A stretch of DNA of 64,000 nt from assembly GCA_028534125.1 (NCBI GenBank), contig CM052817.1, positions 100,690,001 through 100,754,000 of the forward strand. Reading direction: 5' to 3'. Of this stretch, positions 1 to 13,330 are shown in pieces. The notes under the pieces were generated by a model that saw nothing but the letters and a program-made list of their open reading frames with translations, did not search any database and was not told the origin of the DNA. The translations under genes and the position numbers were made by a program. The first letter of the stretch is position 1, and each line of letters opens with the position of its first letter. This DNA comes from Lama glama. Its lineage: Eukaryota.

Positions 1-699
1 TATTACACTGTATTACAACCCCTTACCCCTTACACAGAAAGCCGATGCTACTAAAAGTAGTAACATCCCATTGCTACATGCCATTTCTCTAAAAAACTAA
101 ATTAGGCATTATAGGCCAATACATTCTGTAACATGCCTTCAATTGATAAAAAGCCACATAATGTAAAAAATAAGAAACTAAAATGGTCCCATAAAAACTA
201 AAAAGACACTTACCTAATAAAGTAAAAGAAAAATAGACATATTTCATATGCAGGTTTACAAAAACATCAACAGGTCACTGCCTACAAATAACCTGTACAA
301 GATTAAAATCAGTAAGATTAATCAAATCTATTTTCTCTTCATAAGAAAAATAAAAAAGAACTCTGATAATATTCTTGGCCTAAAATGCAATGGCTTATTA
401 AGGTATGAAATCAAATATGCAATGAATGCCATGATAACTAAAGTATTAAGTTCTTCTCCAGTCCAAAAAATTAAGCATGAATTTGTAAGACTAATGTCAA
501 TAAACATATCACACACAGCTGATGTTTTCATGGCAACACATGGGATGAAAACATAATGTTTTGCTTAAAACAATTAGCTGAGGAACTGAAGCACAAATAC
601 AAGGATAATTGCTTCCTTTGGGGTTTGGCTGTCAAACACAGGAAATGTCAATGCTTTACAGTCCTGTGATCATTAAAACCTTGTCACAAACCTAGACTA

Positions 700-1770
700 T
701 CAATGAATATGTATTTTAAAATAAATCTGCAATGACACCAAAAGTACAAGCAACAAAAAAGAGATAAATTAGACTTCATCAAAATTTAAAACTTTTGTGC
801 CTCAAAGGACACCAGAAAGTGAAAAGACAATGCACAGAATGGGAGAAAGTATTTGCAAATCGTATTATCTCATAAAGGGCTAGTTTCCAGAACACATAAA
901 GAATGCTTACAATTTAACAATAAAAAGACAACCTAATTTAAAAATGGGCAAAAGATCCGAACAGACATTTCTCCAAAAAACATATGTAAATGGTAAATAA
1001 GCATATGAAATAATGCTCATCATTAGTCATTATGGAAATGAAAACCAAAGCCACAATGAAATACCACTTCACATCTATCAGGATGGCTAAAATACAAAAA
1101 AAACCACCAATAATAACAATCAATGTCTGTGAGAGAGGGGAGAATTGGAACCCTCATATACTATGGTGAGATTATAACATAGTGCACACATTTTGATAGT
1201 TTCTTGAGCTAAACACAGTTACTATACTAACCGCCCCTTATAAATTTACCCCCTATAAATATACACTCAAAGGAAATGAACATATAAGTACACATAAAAC
1301 CATCTGCAAGAATGTTCATTGCAGAAACATTCCTAATAGCCAAAACATAGATACAATCCATCAACTGATGAATGAATAAACAAAATGTGGTATACAATGG
1401 AAGATTTTTTGGCCATAATATTGAATGATACATCATGCTACTATGTGAGTAAATCTCGAAAATATTATGCTAAGTGAAGGAAGCCGGATGCAAAAAAAAA
1501 ACCAAATATTGTATGATTACATTTGTAAGAAATGTCCAGAAGAGGCAATTCTTAGGAAAAGTATATTAGTGGTTACCTAGGATGCTGGTGGGGTTGAGGG
1601 TGGGGAGAAGTGTTGGGGGAAGGAGTGCCTGAAACCAGATAGTAGTGATGACTGTACAACTCTGAATATAATAAAAACCACTTAAATGTACACTTAGGGA
1701 TGAATCTTCTGGTATGTGAGCTATATATCTCAAAGGAGTCATTAAAAATGAGTATATTTGCAAAAAAAAA
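700..1770 (+). mobile_element. Old L1M (L1MB/MC-like) ORF2 3' end and 3' UTR fragment
   Basis: Typical L1 text (gacttcatcaaaatttaaaacttttgtgc; aaatgggcaaaagatccgaacagacatttctcc) and A-tail near 1762. Confidence 0.9.
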
Positions 1771-2967
1771 TATATGTCACAAACATATGTAATGCAAAGA
1801 TGACTGCTTCCCTCATACTAACTCAAGTATCTGTATCAATGAGGGAAAAATATGGCAGTAAGTTACTCTTTCTACTTAATGTATCTCCAGGAATCAGTCA
1901 CTGCATTTTAAAGTAGTAAAAACTTGTTTAAGAGATTACTGTAACATCATTTGCTCCTAAAAACGTTACATTTTATTATAAGTATATAGTAAACAGTGTA
2001 ATATAATTGTTGAATACCTACATCATCTATGATTATTACAGAATTTTAGAATTATCATTTGGTTGAATATTTATTGCTTCAAACACATTAAAAAGCATAA
2101 TAAAAGACATCAAGACTTATTAACATTTATTGTATCTAGGAGATTTCCTTTAGGTAATCAAATAAATGTATTCATCCTTAAAGATATTTTATTGACTATA
2201 TTAATCAAAAAACTACATTAATGCAACTTGGTTAACAGTCAATGCATCAGTACTTTCCCCTCATTGTTGAGGTATATTTAATAATTTTTAAATTTATTAT
2301 TATTAACTGAAACCTTGTTATACCTATGAATCACCCCAGTACACAAGTCTAAAATATTATATAGTGAAGAAAAACACATTCTGAGATTAACTCTCCTACT
2401 TTCACTCAAAAATAAAACAGTAAAAGTACTACCTAAGTGAAATCAAAAGTTTATGAAATTCTTAACTACAGGCATGTATCAAATTTTCATATTATAATGT
2501 TATTACAAAGAAAGCGGAGTAGCTCAGAAACAGCACAGAGTCTGATCAGTCTTTACATGGGCTTATTGTGACAAACGGGACCTCACATAAGGATTAAAGC
2601 AAAAAAAGTATGTGTATTAGTATCGACAGCTAGTCAAAATTGTTCAAAAACAAAACTCTCCTGTAGGGAAAATCCTGTTTCATCCACAAAGTATTAGCAT
2701 TTCTGTCCCCCAAGACTATTTCTTTCTCTGAACACTTTTAATACTTTGGCTGCACACCAGAAGAATTTTCTTGACATAATATGTAGAAAGAACCAGAAGA
2801 AGATCAGAATAAGTATGAAGAGAAGAAAATTCCAGACTAGGTAAAACTTAAAAGAAATATAAATAATTGTAATTTACACTGGCTATTATTGTAAATATCA
2901 TTAATATAACATACATATAAACTTAAGTAACATGCAAGGGGTTTAGCACGGAGAATTATGTACTTAC

Positions 2968-3015
2968 CAAATACTTAGATATCCTTCTAAAAATCCCACT
3001 GATGGTTGAGACTCC
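2968..3015 (-). other. Candidate 48-nt internal micro-exon
   Basis: tatttatttttttattatttag|GGAGTCTCAACCATCAGTGGGATTTTTAGAAGGATATCTAAGTATTTG|gtaagtac; consensus donor; repeat-poor flanks. Confidence 0.7.
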
Positions 3016-4289
3016 CTAAATAATAAAAAAATAAATACATAAGGAATAATTTTTCAACTTCAGAAGTTACCCCTGATATGTAAAATCTATCCAAGAATCT
3101 CAATAACATGACAATTTGTTTTTTTCACACTACTTTAAAATCCAAAGTATGTGCTGAACTTTGGCAAATGATTAACAAAATCTTTCCTAATCCTACAAAT
3201 TATTGAAATTTTATATGCCACATATGGAAAAGCTAATGAATTATCAAGATATTGGCAGTTTACTAGACTACAAAAAGAGTGAACTCTGTAACAAAATCAG
3301 ATCTCAAAATTACAGACCAAGACAATAGCATGCTTACAGGGTCTTAGAAAAGCATTCGTATGTTAAATTATTCCTAACCATCAACATACATTGTCATACT
3401 CTACATTCTGGTATCTGGTTACCATCTTTTAAGTAGCAGTTAGACAACGTAACTGTAGCATCTACAGAGTTAAAGTAGAGACAATGAAATAGAAAGATAG
3501 TTTACAAAATAGTTACTCTATTTTATTAAAAATTAACATAAGGAAACACTTTAAAATCCACCCTGTTGATACTAGAATTAAAAATTAATTAAAATTAAAA
3601 TATTTTACCTATAATAAAAAGAAATGCATAAACAAATTAATTTTTACTACTTAGAAAATTTACTGTAAATAATTTTGTAATAAACGGAGTACACATCCTT
3701 TTAGTCAAGTTTCAAGTCAAAATAACCTTCAAAACAAAGTTCAAAAATTCAAGAATAAAGCATTAAATACTACAGAGCTCTTATGGTTTGCCAGGCACAT
3801 TGCTCAAGATTTGAAAAAACTTACATACACTTTTAAAAATCACCTTATTTACTCTCCATTCTGTAAATTACAAAACCAAGCCTTATAGAGATTCATTCAT
3901 CTGCTTATATATAGCTGCCATTGACTGCACAACCCAATGTCTTTAAGACATCATACTATGACTCCCCAAAAACAAAACAAGACAGAATATGACATAGTAT
4001 ATATAGTAAAACTGATTGCCACTTTTTATAGTCAGAAAAAAAAGTTTTTAAATTCCTTTAAAAGAATCAACAGAATAAAAAAAATCATCTATTTTAACTA
4101 GCAGAAGACGTTGCCATGCAGAAGTTACAATACCATATATAAAAATAAAATTAAAACATTTTTTATGGGTAAGTCATACCGATAGATTTTCTATCTCTAC
4201 TACTATTAAAATCAAAATCAAATGAATCACAGCCATCCACAGGCCATGGAAAAGGAGGGAAGAAAAAAAGTATGTTAAGAGACCCAAAC

Positions 4290-5395
4290 AATAAAGTTTA
4301 AAACAATAAAGCTGTGAGATGACAGGAAAATACCATCATGACTTAGAGGTAGGCAACAGTTTCTCAAACAAGACAAAGATAAACATAGCAAACTGGACTT
4401 CATTAAAAATTGTGTTCTTGAAATGAAAATGCCAGCTACAAAGTAGGAGAAGATATTCACAATGCACATGTCCAAAAGACTCATATATAAAATATTTTTT
4501 AAAAAAACAACATTAAATCACCAAGAAAAAGACAACTCAATTTTTAAGATACGCTAAAGACCAAATAAAACTTCACAAAAGATAATTTCAAAAACGAATA
4601 GACATGTTGGAAAGGTGTTCAACATCACTAATCCTCAGGAAAATACAGATGAACAAAACAGTAAGATTCTATTACCCATCAAAATGATTAGTTTTTCATC
4701 AAAAAAAGAGAATACCAAGTGTAATAGAACATATGCAGCAAATGGCATTCTCGTAACTGCAGGTAGAAATGTAAATTGATACAACCAGTATGGAAAACTG
4801 AAAGTATCTATTTAGTATAAGGTGAAAATACACTTACCCAACGACTAAATAATACCACTCCTGGGTACACAATCGATAGAAAGAAATGTGTACGCATGTG
4901 GAGGGAACGTTATGTATAAGATTTACCATAGCAGCGTTATTTAAAGAGCCCCAAAGTGCACATAACCCAAATGTCCATGAGCAGTAGAACAGAGAAACTG
5001 CAGTATATTCTTATGATAGTATCCTAAACCTCAATGAAAATGAGAAAACTAATGCCACACACAAAATAGGATACATCTCACAAACAGAATGCTGTATGAA
5101 AGCACCAGGGGTATGGGGGGGAGCATGTATATAATTCTGTTTCTATTAAATTAAAAAACAAGCCAAACTAATCTCTGACCACAAAGTCAGAACAGTAGTT
5201 AACGCTGGGGTGAACGGGTTATTTGACTGGGACAGGACACAGGGAGGCTTCAGAGGAGCTGATATCTTGATCTAGGTTACGGTCGCAAAGTTGTGTTCAC
5301 TTTGTAAAAGTTCATCAACCTAGAAAAGTTTATCTACACTTTCCTGTATATAAATTACACCTCAATTATTTTAGAAGTTAATTTAAAAAAAATAA
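4290..5395 (+). mobile_element. Old L1M (MC/ME-like) 3' fragment
   Basis: Degenerate ORF2 end and 3' UTR motifs (tgttcaacatcactaatc; cccaaatgtccat; aagtcagaacagtagtt). Confidence 0.85.
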
Positions 5396-5633
5396 AATAG
5401 ATGAAAAATCACTTCTCTTAAGTTATTCTTAAATAACTCCAGGACACTGTACTAATAATCTGTAACACAGTAATCTGAAAATCTGAATCTCCTAACAATG
5501 TATTTCAATTTATTTCTATAGACTGCATAAAGGTTAATTAAATATGTCTGGCTATTTTGCATTAGTAAGTTTAAGAATAGTTTCAATGTAAATATAAATT
5601 TTACCAAGAAGGGATTCCTTATGATTTTCTCTT

Positions 5634-5901
5634 TTCTCTTATTTAAAAAGCAGTTTTATTGAGATACAATTCATATATGATACAATTCACCTCTGTTTCT
5701 TAATTTAAGTATAGTCAGTTTACAATGTTGTATTAGTTTCTTGTGTATAGCACAGTGGTTATATACAAGTATGTATATTCCTTTTCATATTCTTTTTCAT
5801 TATAAGCTATTACAAGGTATTGAATATAGTTCCCTATGCTATATATACAGTAGGACTTGTTGCTTATCTATTTATATATATATTAGTTAGTATCTGCATA
5901 C
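5634..5901 (-). mobile_element. 5'-truncated artiodactyl/camelid-type L1 3' end with 13-bp TSD
   Basis: Direct repeat atgattttctctt at 5621-5633 and 5902-5914; body resembles the L1 ends at 7470 and 56534. Confidence 0.85.
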
Positions 5902-7471
5902 ATGATTTTCTCTTAATAGCAGAAAAGGTTTTGCAGAAAGTCTTGTGAATGCCTGTTCTACATAGGCTCAAGTTAGGTTTACAAATGTGTTATCACGCAG
6001 ATACTAAAAGTGTTAATAGCTAACACAGAAATTGATTTTAAAAGCAATCAGGTAGACAAGCCAGGCATTCATAAAAACTTTAAGGCACAATACTTCACCC
6101 TGCTGCTTAGAAAATCTTAAGACTTTAAAATATCAATAACCCTTTGAAGAAAAGGCTCCCAAATAAACATTCTTACATATCTAAAAAATTTTAGGTTAAT
6201 ACTTAACAATACTGCCTTCTTTATTCAAAATAGAAACAGTTCTATCTGAATATCCTTTTATCTGTTTTTCCATTATATTTATCTAATAACTACTTTAAAT
6301 CTAACTTCTTCTCTCTAAATTAAATAATATCATTATTTGATCAGATTTGAACACTTTTATCCTTGATGGAAACCAGTCTTATTACTCACGACAGCCTATT
6401 TGTCTTGAGCTGTGGGATGTTTCTGTCATTTAAGCCTCTGAGACCATGTTCAGAGGAACAGAATGGCACAGGCCCCAACAGGTCAATTCCCTGAACAATT
6501 CTCAGAGGCTGAGCATCCTTTCAACAAACTTTACACAACTCATGAAAATCTCACCATAACTTTCCTCAGTCTTGGGTTGTTTTACTTATGAGTCTGACCT
6601 GGTAGAGATTTCTCCAAACTTCCAATCAGCCAGACATTTGTCAAGCTTCTACTTGAAAGTAGCCAATCATTTGGTTGCAGTTCTGAGACATAAGGTACTG
6701 AAGCCACATTTTCATAAAACTGATTTTTTTCATCAGTCAACCCACTCTCAAGCAGCTGCTTATTCTAATTCAGGTAATTATCTTTCTAGATTGCATATTT
6801 TCACTAAGAACAACTTAAGACTTTCAGTTTCCACTTTGGACAACTTTTGAAATGAACAAAATTGTTAACTTGAAGGGCACTTTAGAACATATGGTGGGGA
6901 GGGGACTCTCCCTTCAGAGAAGTTTGTCTTACCTTACCTAAAATAAAAAGATCAACTGACTGAATGTGAGGGAGACCACCCCAAAAGTCACACATCTCAC
7001 CAAAACAAGGCATATACTTAAGAGAAGGACCAGGATCACAATTTAGGGTCTATTTTGAAGAAGAGTCAACAGAGTCAACAGATCCCATCCCAAATCTAAA
7101 GAACTAGACACAGGTTTGCTAGGCAACTTATCTAACTTTATGGTTTCTAGTAATACACTAAAGATTTAAAAAGAACGATTAGGATGCAAGCAGGTAAGGA
7201 AGTAACCTAAAACAAAAGATGCACATGAATTTTAGGGACTACACACTGTTTACTCAGCAATAAATCTGATAATGATTGTTCATGAATGGTAACCATGTGA
7301 ATACTGATATTGGAAAAACTAGCATCTTTAAATAGAGCTAGTGATTTATTTCCTCAATATTGTTATTTTTTATTGTTTTCTATTTTAATTCTGAAGGTGG
7401 AAAAGTTACAGCCAGACTGGCAAAGAATATTTAAAAAGCAGAGTCTCAGCTAGTCAAGAGATGTGAGTTGT

Positions 7472-7648
7472 GATAAACAACAAGGTCCTACATATAGCAC
7501 AGGGAACTATATTCAACACCTTGTAATGACCTATAATGAAAAAGAATAGAAAAAGGAAGACATAGTATGTATACATGAATCACTAAGCTATATACCAGAA
7601 ATTAACACAATACTATAAATCAAGTATACTTCAATTAAAAAAAAAAAG
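7472..7648 (+). mobile_element. Artiodactyl/camelid-type L1 3' end
   Basis: gataaacaacaaggtcctacatatagcacagggaactatattc ... tatacttcaatt plus poly-A; flanking gagttgt repeat. Confidence 0.85.
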
Positions 7649-9234
7649 AGTTGTAAGCTGTTACACCAATATCAGATCTTGAATTATCTGGAACAAAGCA
7701 TTGGAAATCACTTCTCAAACTGCCCATCACCCATTCAATTTAGCCTAATTACAATATTCCACAAATCAACCCACTCCAAATGAACAGTTTACCCCTACCT
7801 TATAGGGAACTGAATCCTATTTTATACTTCACATGTCTTCGAAAAACTTCACACTAACAGAATTTTTTATAAAAGATGTAAATTTTTACTTTAAAAATCT
7901 CATGCTGCATTTCTATTTCTTTAACAAAGAAGGCACAGCACTCAGTATTCACCCTCTCAAGCTTCTTGTCTCATTCCTACAAAACTGCAAATGAATGCTT
8001 ACACAATACCTCAAACATTTTGAAAGGAATCCCTCAATGTTCTGATGACAGTCTCATAAACACTACCAACAAATTAAAAAAGTAAACTCATGGTACTTTC
8101 AAAATATCTTATTTGCCCTAGTTACCAAAACACTACAGAACATAAGTTTCAGTACAACTTATCTGCATTCTTATAATCCTTTTCACTACACAATTACACC
8201 TTTATAAAGTATGCTCTCATCATTTTTCTTCAATATTTCCACAAACCTTACAAATATTTCCAAATTCCTCAAAATTCTTGTCAATTACCAATTTTTACAA
8301 AATACTTCTCAGTAAGCCTGTGTCATATATTTCACTACCGCCTTCATACTCCTTAAATCAACACAAGCCCCAGCTGATCATCTTACTGTAGTGACATACA
8401 ACCACTGTGAGAATTCTAAATCCCTTAAAACAAAACACTTTACCTAGAAAAACATAAACTACTGCCCACCTTGGTATCTGCAACCGGCAAATTCTGCAAT
8501 AAATTAAAACCTTATGGAGTCCTAACATCTCACATAATCCCTAAGACTATACTGTTCAAACTGAGTTTAAAAAAAAAATAAGTAAAAGAATGTTACAATA
8601 ACTGAGGGGAGAAAAAGAAAGGTTCTACAAAATCAAATCTATCAACACTATTTAACAAATGGGGAAAACAAAAGCCCCAAAGTATTTATTTGAAATAATA
8701 TACGTAGTTAGTAAAAGGCAGGGATCTAGAACCAAGTATTCTGAATCCCAGTATCCTTTCCTATTACCCCATTGGCTATAAAGTATTTAGGATTTAAGGG
8801 CCAATCTTATAAAAAAGTTAAAATATTTTCTTTCACTTCTTTTTTCCAACTCTTTAAGTAAAACTGATGCTCTGATAAACAGTGTTTATCCTATTAGTAC
8901 GTGACTCTCCCTTTAACAGACTAGACCATACTAGACCACACCACTAAATGCAACAAAAAGCAAGACCTTAGAAAATCACGACAATATAAACAAAATAGAC
9001 TTTACTATGTCCCCTAATGGACAAATACTTTACTTCAACAGCCAAATATTTAAAGTTCCTATTTAAATTAAATCAGGACCTCACAAATTTCTTTAAAAAT
9101 TCAAGAAACTAACAGTTAAAGTGGGAAGTAAAATCAATTAATACTAGTTCATAAGGTGTATTTTTCCTTCAATGTTAAGTTCATAATGACAGAAAATATA
9201 AGTTCATAATGACTGAATATAAACATATATAGAG

Positions 9235-9264
9235 GGGTGTGTGTGTGTGTTTGTGTGTGTGTGT
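9235..9264. repeat. (TG)n microsatellite, imperfect
   Basis: Seen directly. Confidence 0.95.
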
Positions 9265-9499
9265 ATTTCTAATACTTTTAACAAAAGTTGTCAAAATAAT
9301 AGCTTTTCAATTAGGAAATAATTAAAAGTAGTGTCTTGTCTTCCTTTAAATATGACCACAATGGACATTTCTGATAATTACTAAACAATTATGTAGTTTT
9401 CATTCATAACTGATTGAACTGTAGCAATGATCTTTTTAACTCATCATTTAAGCTGTCTTTAATGGCCACTTTACAAAAGTTCTGAATATCTAACAGGAT

Positions 9500-12400
9500 C
9501 AGAGATGGCAATCCCAGGAAGGCAACACTTCTGGGAGATAGTGAGATAATCTGGATGGGGTATCCCTTAGAGGCTTGCTGGTGAAGGGAAAAAATGGAAG
9601 CAAAGGGTGGACACTAAGTGTTCTGCAAAAACAAAAAAGAATTTCAAAAATTGTACAATATACATCCCCTTCCCTCTAACCCCTCTCAGAACAAAACACC
9701 AAAAACAAGAAAACAAAACAACTTGTAGGTTAAAGAAAGTGTACTTCACCATGCCAACAAAAAAGAAAGTTCTTGAACAGGAAACATTATAAACCAAGCA
9801 AATCTCTCACCCCTGCCTACACACAACTTATAATGCTGAGCCAGGAAATGAACAGAGATAGCAGATAACACTAATTTTTTTTTAAAGCTACTATAAGAAC
9901 ACAGACACTCCAAGTCCAAATACTTCAGTTAACAAAAATTCTCATCGAAGGAAAAAATTCCACAAAACAGAAAAAAACTGTAAAATCACACTCTAAAATA
10001 AACTAAATATCTGTAACAGGTGATATATATATATATCTAGAATCAAATCTAGAACCAAAAATCCGAAGTAGAAATGGACAAAACACAACAAGATATGAAA
10101 CAAGAATTGACTGCACTCAGGCAGGGGGAAAAATGGAGAAAAAGATAAACCACTTTTAAAATAAGTAATAAAAAGGAAGGCTGGATTCACATGAAAATAC
10201 AAGGGAAAGTAAGGAACAAGGGGAGGACAGCCAAGAGAATAAAAATATACAAGAAAAAATGATCACAGAAAAAAATTATTAACATAGATCTGTATAGAAG
10301 CTACAACATATGTATAACTGAAAGCTCTGAAGAACAAAAAACAAAATAAAGGAACTAATATTTAAAACTATAACTTAAAGTATTTCCCAAACAAAAACAA
10401 ATGTTTATTTGTATGTGGTGGCCAGGAAGAAGCACAAGATATGTGAATTTTAGCAACAACCTACTGTATACTAGGAAAAATCCAGAATAAAAAACTCCAA
10501 AACGTAAGCCTAGTAAAACTTCAAAAGGAAGTAGAAAAAAAACTTATAGGGCCTCCAGACAAAAATACCAAGCCTCTTACAAAGGACAGAAAGAAAGCCT
10601 GGCAACAGATTTCTAAACAGCAACATTCAAACTGAGGCAACAGTGCAGCATCTTTTTCAAGAAACTCAAGGAATGAAAGCATAAACCAAGGATTTTATAT
10701 CCAGTCAGGTATCCTTATTAACTACCAAGACTTACAGAAATACAGATTTAGACATGCAAGAACTCAGGGAACATATTATTCATAGCCCAATTCCGAGCAA
10801 CCTACAAAAGAATGAGCTTCAGTCCATCCAAAAAAGACAGAAAACTTTGGCAAAAACTTTACTGAACAGTGGGATATATTTATATATTTAATTTTAGATA
10901 TATTACTAAAACGAAGGTATGAACAAGGACAGAAGAATAGTATTTAAATATTATATTCTCTCACAAATTGTAACAGAATTTATTTTTAATGTGACAAAAC
11001 AGAGATTAAAAAAAAACAGAAGAATCAGCTCATTGGTGTTGAGTATGTAATAAGCGAATGTCAAAAGATATTTATTTAATGCAGACAAAGCAATTATTGG
11101 CAGTCTATTATAAAAAGTATTAGTATAAAGTTAGTCATTAAAACAAAAATGTCAACCTTCCTAAATAAGAAAGTAATTTTCAAAAAGAGTAAGGAAATAA
11201 ACAGCCCAGAAAGGAAAACGTACACATAGCATAAAACAACAGTAAATACAATGTATCAATTAGAAGAAATACTATCATATCAAGATATTATAACTAGGCT
11301 TAACTATCCTACTAAAAGGAAAATGTTTCAAATTGCTTATTTAACTGAAGAGGAAACAGTATTTACAAAAACAACAAAAAAGATAAAAATACTTAGGAAT
11401 AGACATAAAAGTGTAAAACTTCTATAAGGAAAACTTTAAAACACTTCTGAAAGATACAAAAGTAAACAAATGAAAAAACATCCCCTATTCTTTTGGAAAG
11501 GATGGCTTACCATCATGAAGATATTTGCTTCCCCCAAGTTAATGAATTGCAACACTAAATACCAACATAAAAATATCAACAAATGTTTTCCTACAGCTCA
11601 ATAAGCTGATGTTCAACTTCACTCAGAGAATATGTACATATACTATACTGTTTGTATAAAATAAGAGTATTAATCATATACACAACAGAAATGCATGAAC
11701 ACATAACATGCTTATTTTTATAAAAGGAAATACAAGGATAAACCAGAAACTAATGAAACCGGTTACCTACACAGTGAATGAAAAGAGAAAAAAGGGATAG
11801 AGAAGAGAATAAGATTTTTAAAGAATGCCTTTTTATATAGCTTTGCCTTTTAGCCATTTTACTATTTTACTAGTCTAAAAAAAAATAAATAAAATTGAAT
11901 CAATAATGGGAAGGGGCTAAAACTGAATATAAACAAAAACAAATGAACTTGAGTATTTAACAAATTGGTGACATAAAAAACATAATTAACTAAAATAACT
12001 TACGAGCATAGTACTCTGATACAAACCTTCACTAGGATATATCATTTGAACAAAAAAGTGCATTGACATCTTACTTTCTTTACAAACTGGGTTTATTGCT
12101 GACAGTGGTATTGGTATGGCAATTTCAATATTATATCATGTATATTATAGGACAGAGCAAATGAATAAATGTATATTGATATTATTGTTAACGAAGATCC
12201 TCAATGTGGGAGTAGAGATCCAAATATGACCAGGAGGAGAAGAACCCTGGGGTATTGGATTGGAATCACAAATATTAGCAGTTTTTTTAAGTATAATTCC
12301 TTGCTCCCTGTCCAGTGAAAGAGCCTCTAGAACCAACCGATGCCCAGTAGTAAAGAACACAGCCAGTAATCACAAGGTTGCTTGTAAATACCCAACAAGA

Positions 12401-13330
12401 GAAACAGGGATCCCTGAAGAAACAGGTGTTTCCAGGTCTGGAGTATGGAAAGCATAAGGTAAGAATAGAACATTTTATTGTGCCAGGTAGTAAATAAGAG
12501 CTCTAAAATGATAGGACATTCCAAAAAGACACAAAAACCAGATTGAATGAGTTCCTATTGGCTGAATTTTTAACAATTTGAGCCTTCAAAAGAAATATAA
12601 CAATAATGGATTGTAGCCCAATGAATAAAGAGAAGAATCCATGAGCCCACATGTGACAGTGAAAAAAAGGCAGAAGCTCTGCTAGCTAATAAATGTGGGA
12701 AGAAGCATAAACTAGAAAATTACCATTTTTCAAGCATCAATGTAATCAATGATTCAGGCAAAAATCAACAAAAGATGTTAAAATCATTGGGTGAAAGGTT
12801 ATTGAGAAATAATATTAACTCAGCCTCAAAGGATGGATTAATTATCAAAGGGAAAAGGATATCTTTCTGATAAAGAAATCTGGCAGCACCAGCTAAACCA
12901 AATAATCTGGCTTAACATCACAAATAATGGAAAAAACTAAAATAAGCAAACTTTAAATACATACATATATCAACATGGAAAAATCTTGAAATGAACACTA
13001 AGTGAAAAAAAGCAAGCTATAAACATTTGCAAACAATATGATACTATTTATTTACAGTTTCAAATCAAATCAATCTTATTTATCCTTCTATATAAATGTG
13101 TGCATAAAAGTATAAAAAACTTAAAAGATACCTTCAGATTACTAATTACCTCTTGGCAGCAAAAGAATGAGATTAGTAATTTTCAGTTATATTTTTAATT
13201 TATTTTAAAAGTTCTGAAACAGTTACAGCAAAATGTTAGTATTTGTTAATCTGGTTAGTATGAATGTGTGAGTATTTTATATTCATCCTTGTATTCTTTA
13301 TATTTTTAAATAGTCCATCATTTAGAAATT
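9500..13330 (+). mobile_element. Cluster of highly degenerate L1/HAL1-like fragments (ORF1-like, ORF2 piece, MC/ME-like 3' UTRs)
   Basis: A-rich plus strand; ORF1-like aaccaaggattttatatccag near 10690; ORF2-like aacaaatgaaaaaacatcccctattc near 11470; subfamilies unresolved. Confidence 0.65.

Noticed and set aside
1867..1956. Possible 90-nt minus-strand exon after the 48-nt exon
   Set aside because: Short pyrimidine tract and weak donor (AGA|GTAACT). If real it would end the long frame at W-S-K-stop.
9177..9220. Short direct repeats (aagttcataatgac twice; similar duplications near 7063 and 8920)
   Set aside because: Two-copy slippage duplications, not an array; no CRISPR-like structure anywhere in the window.
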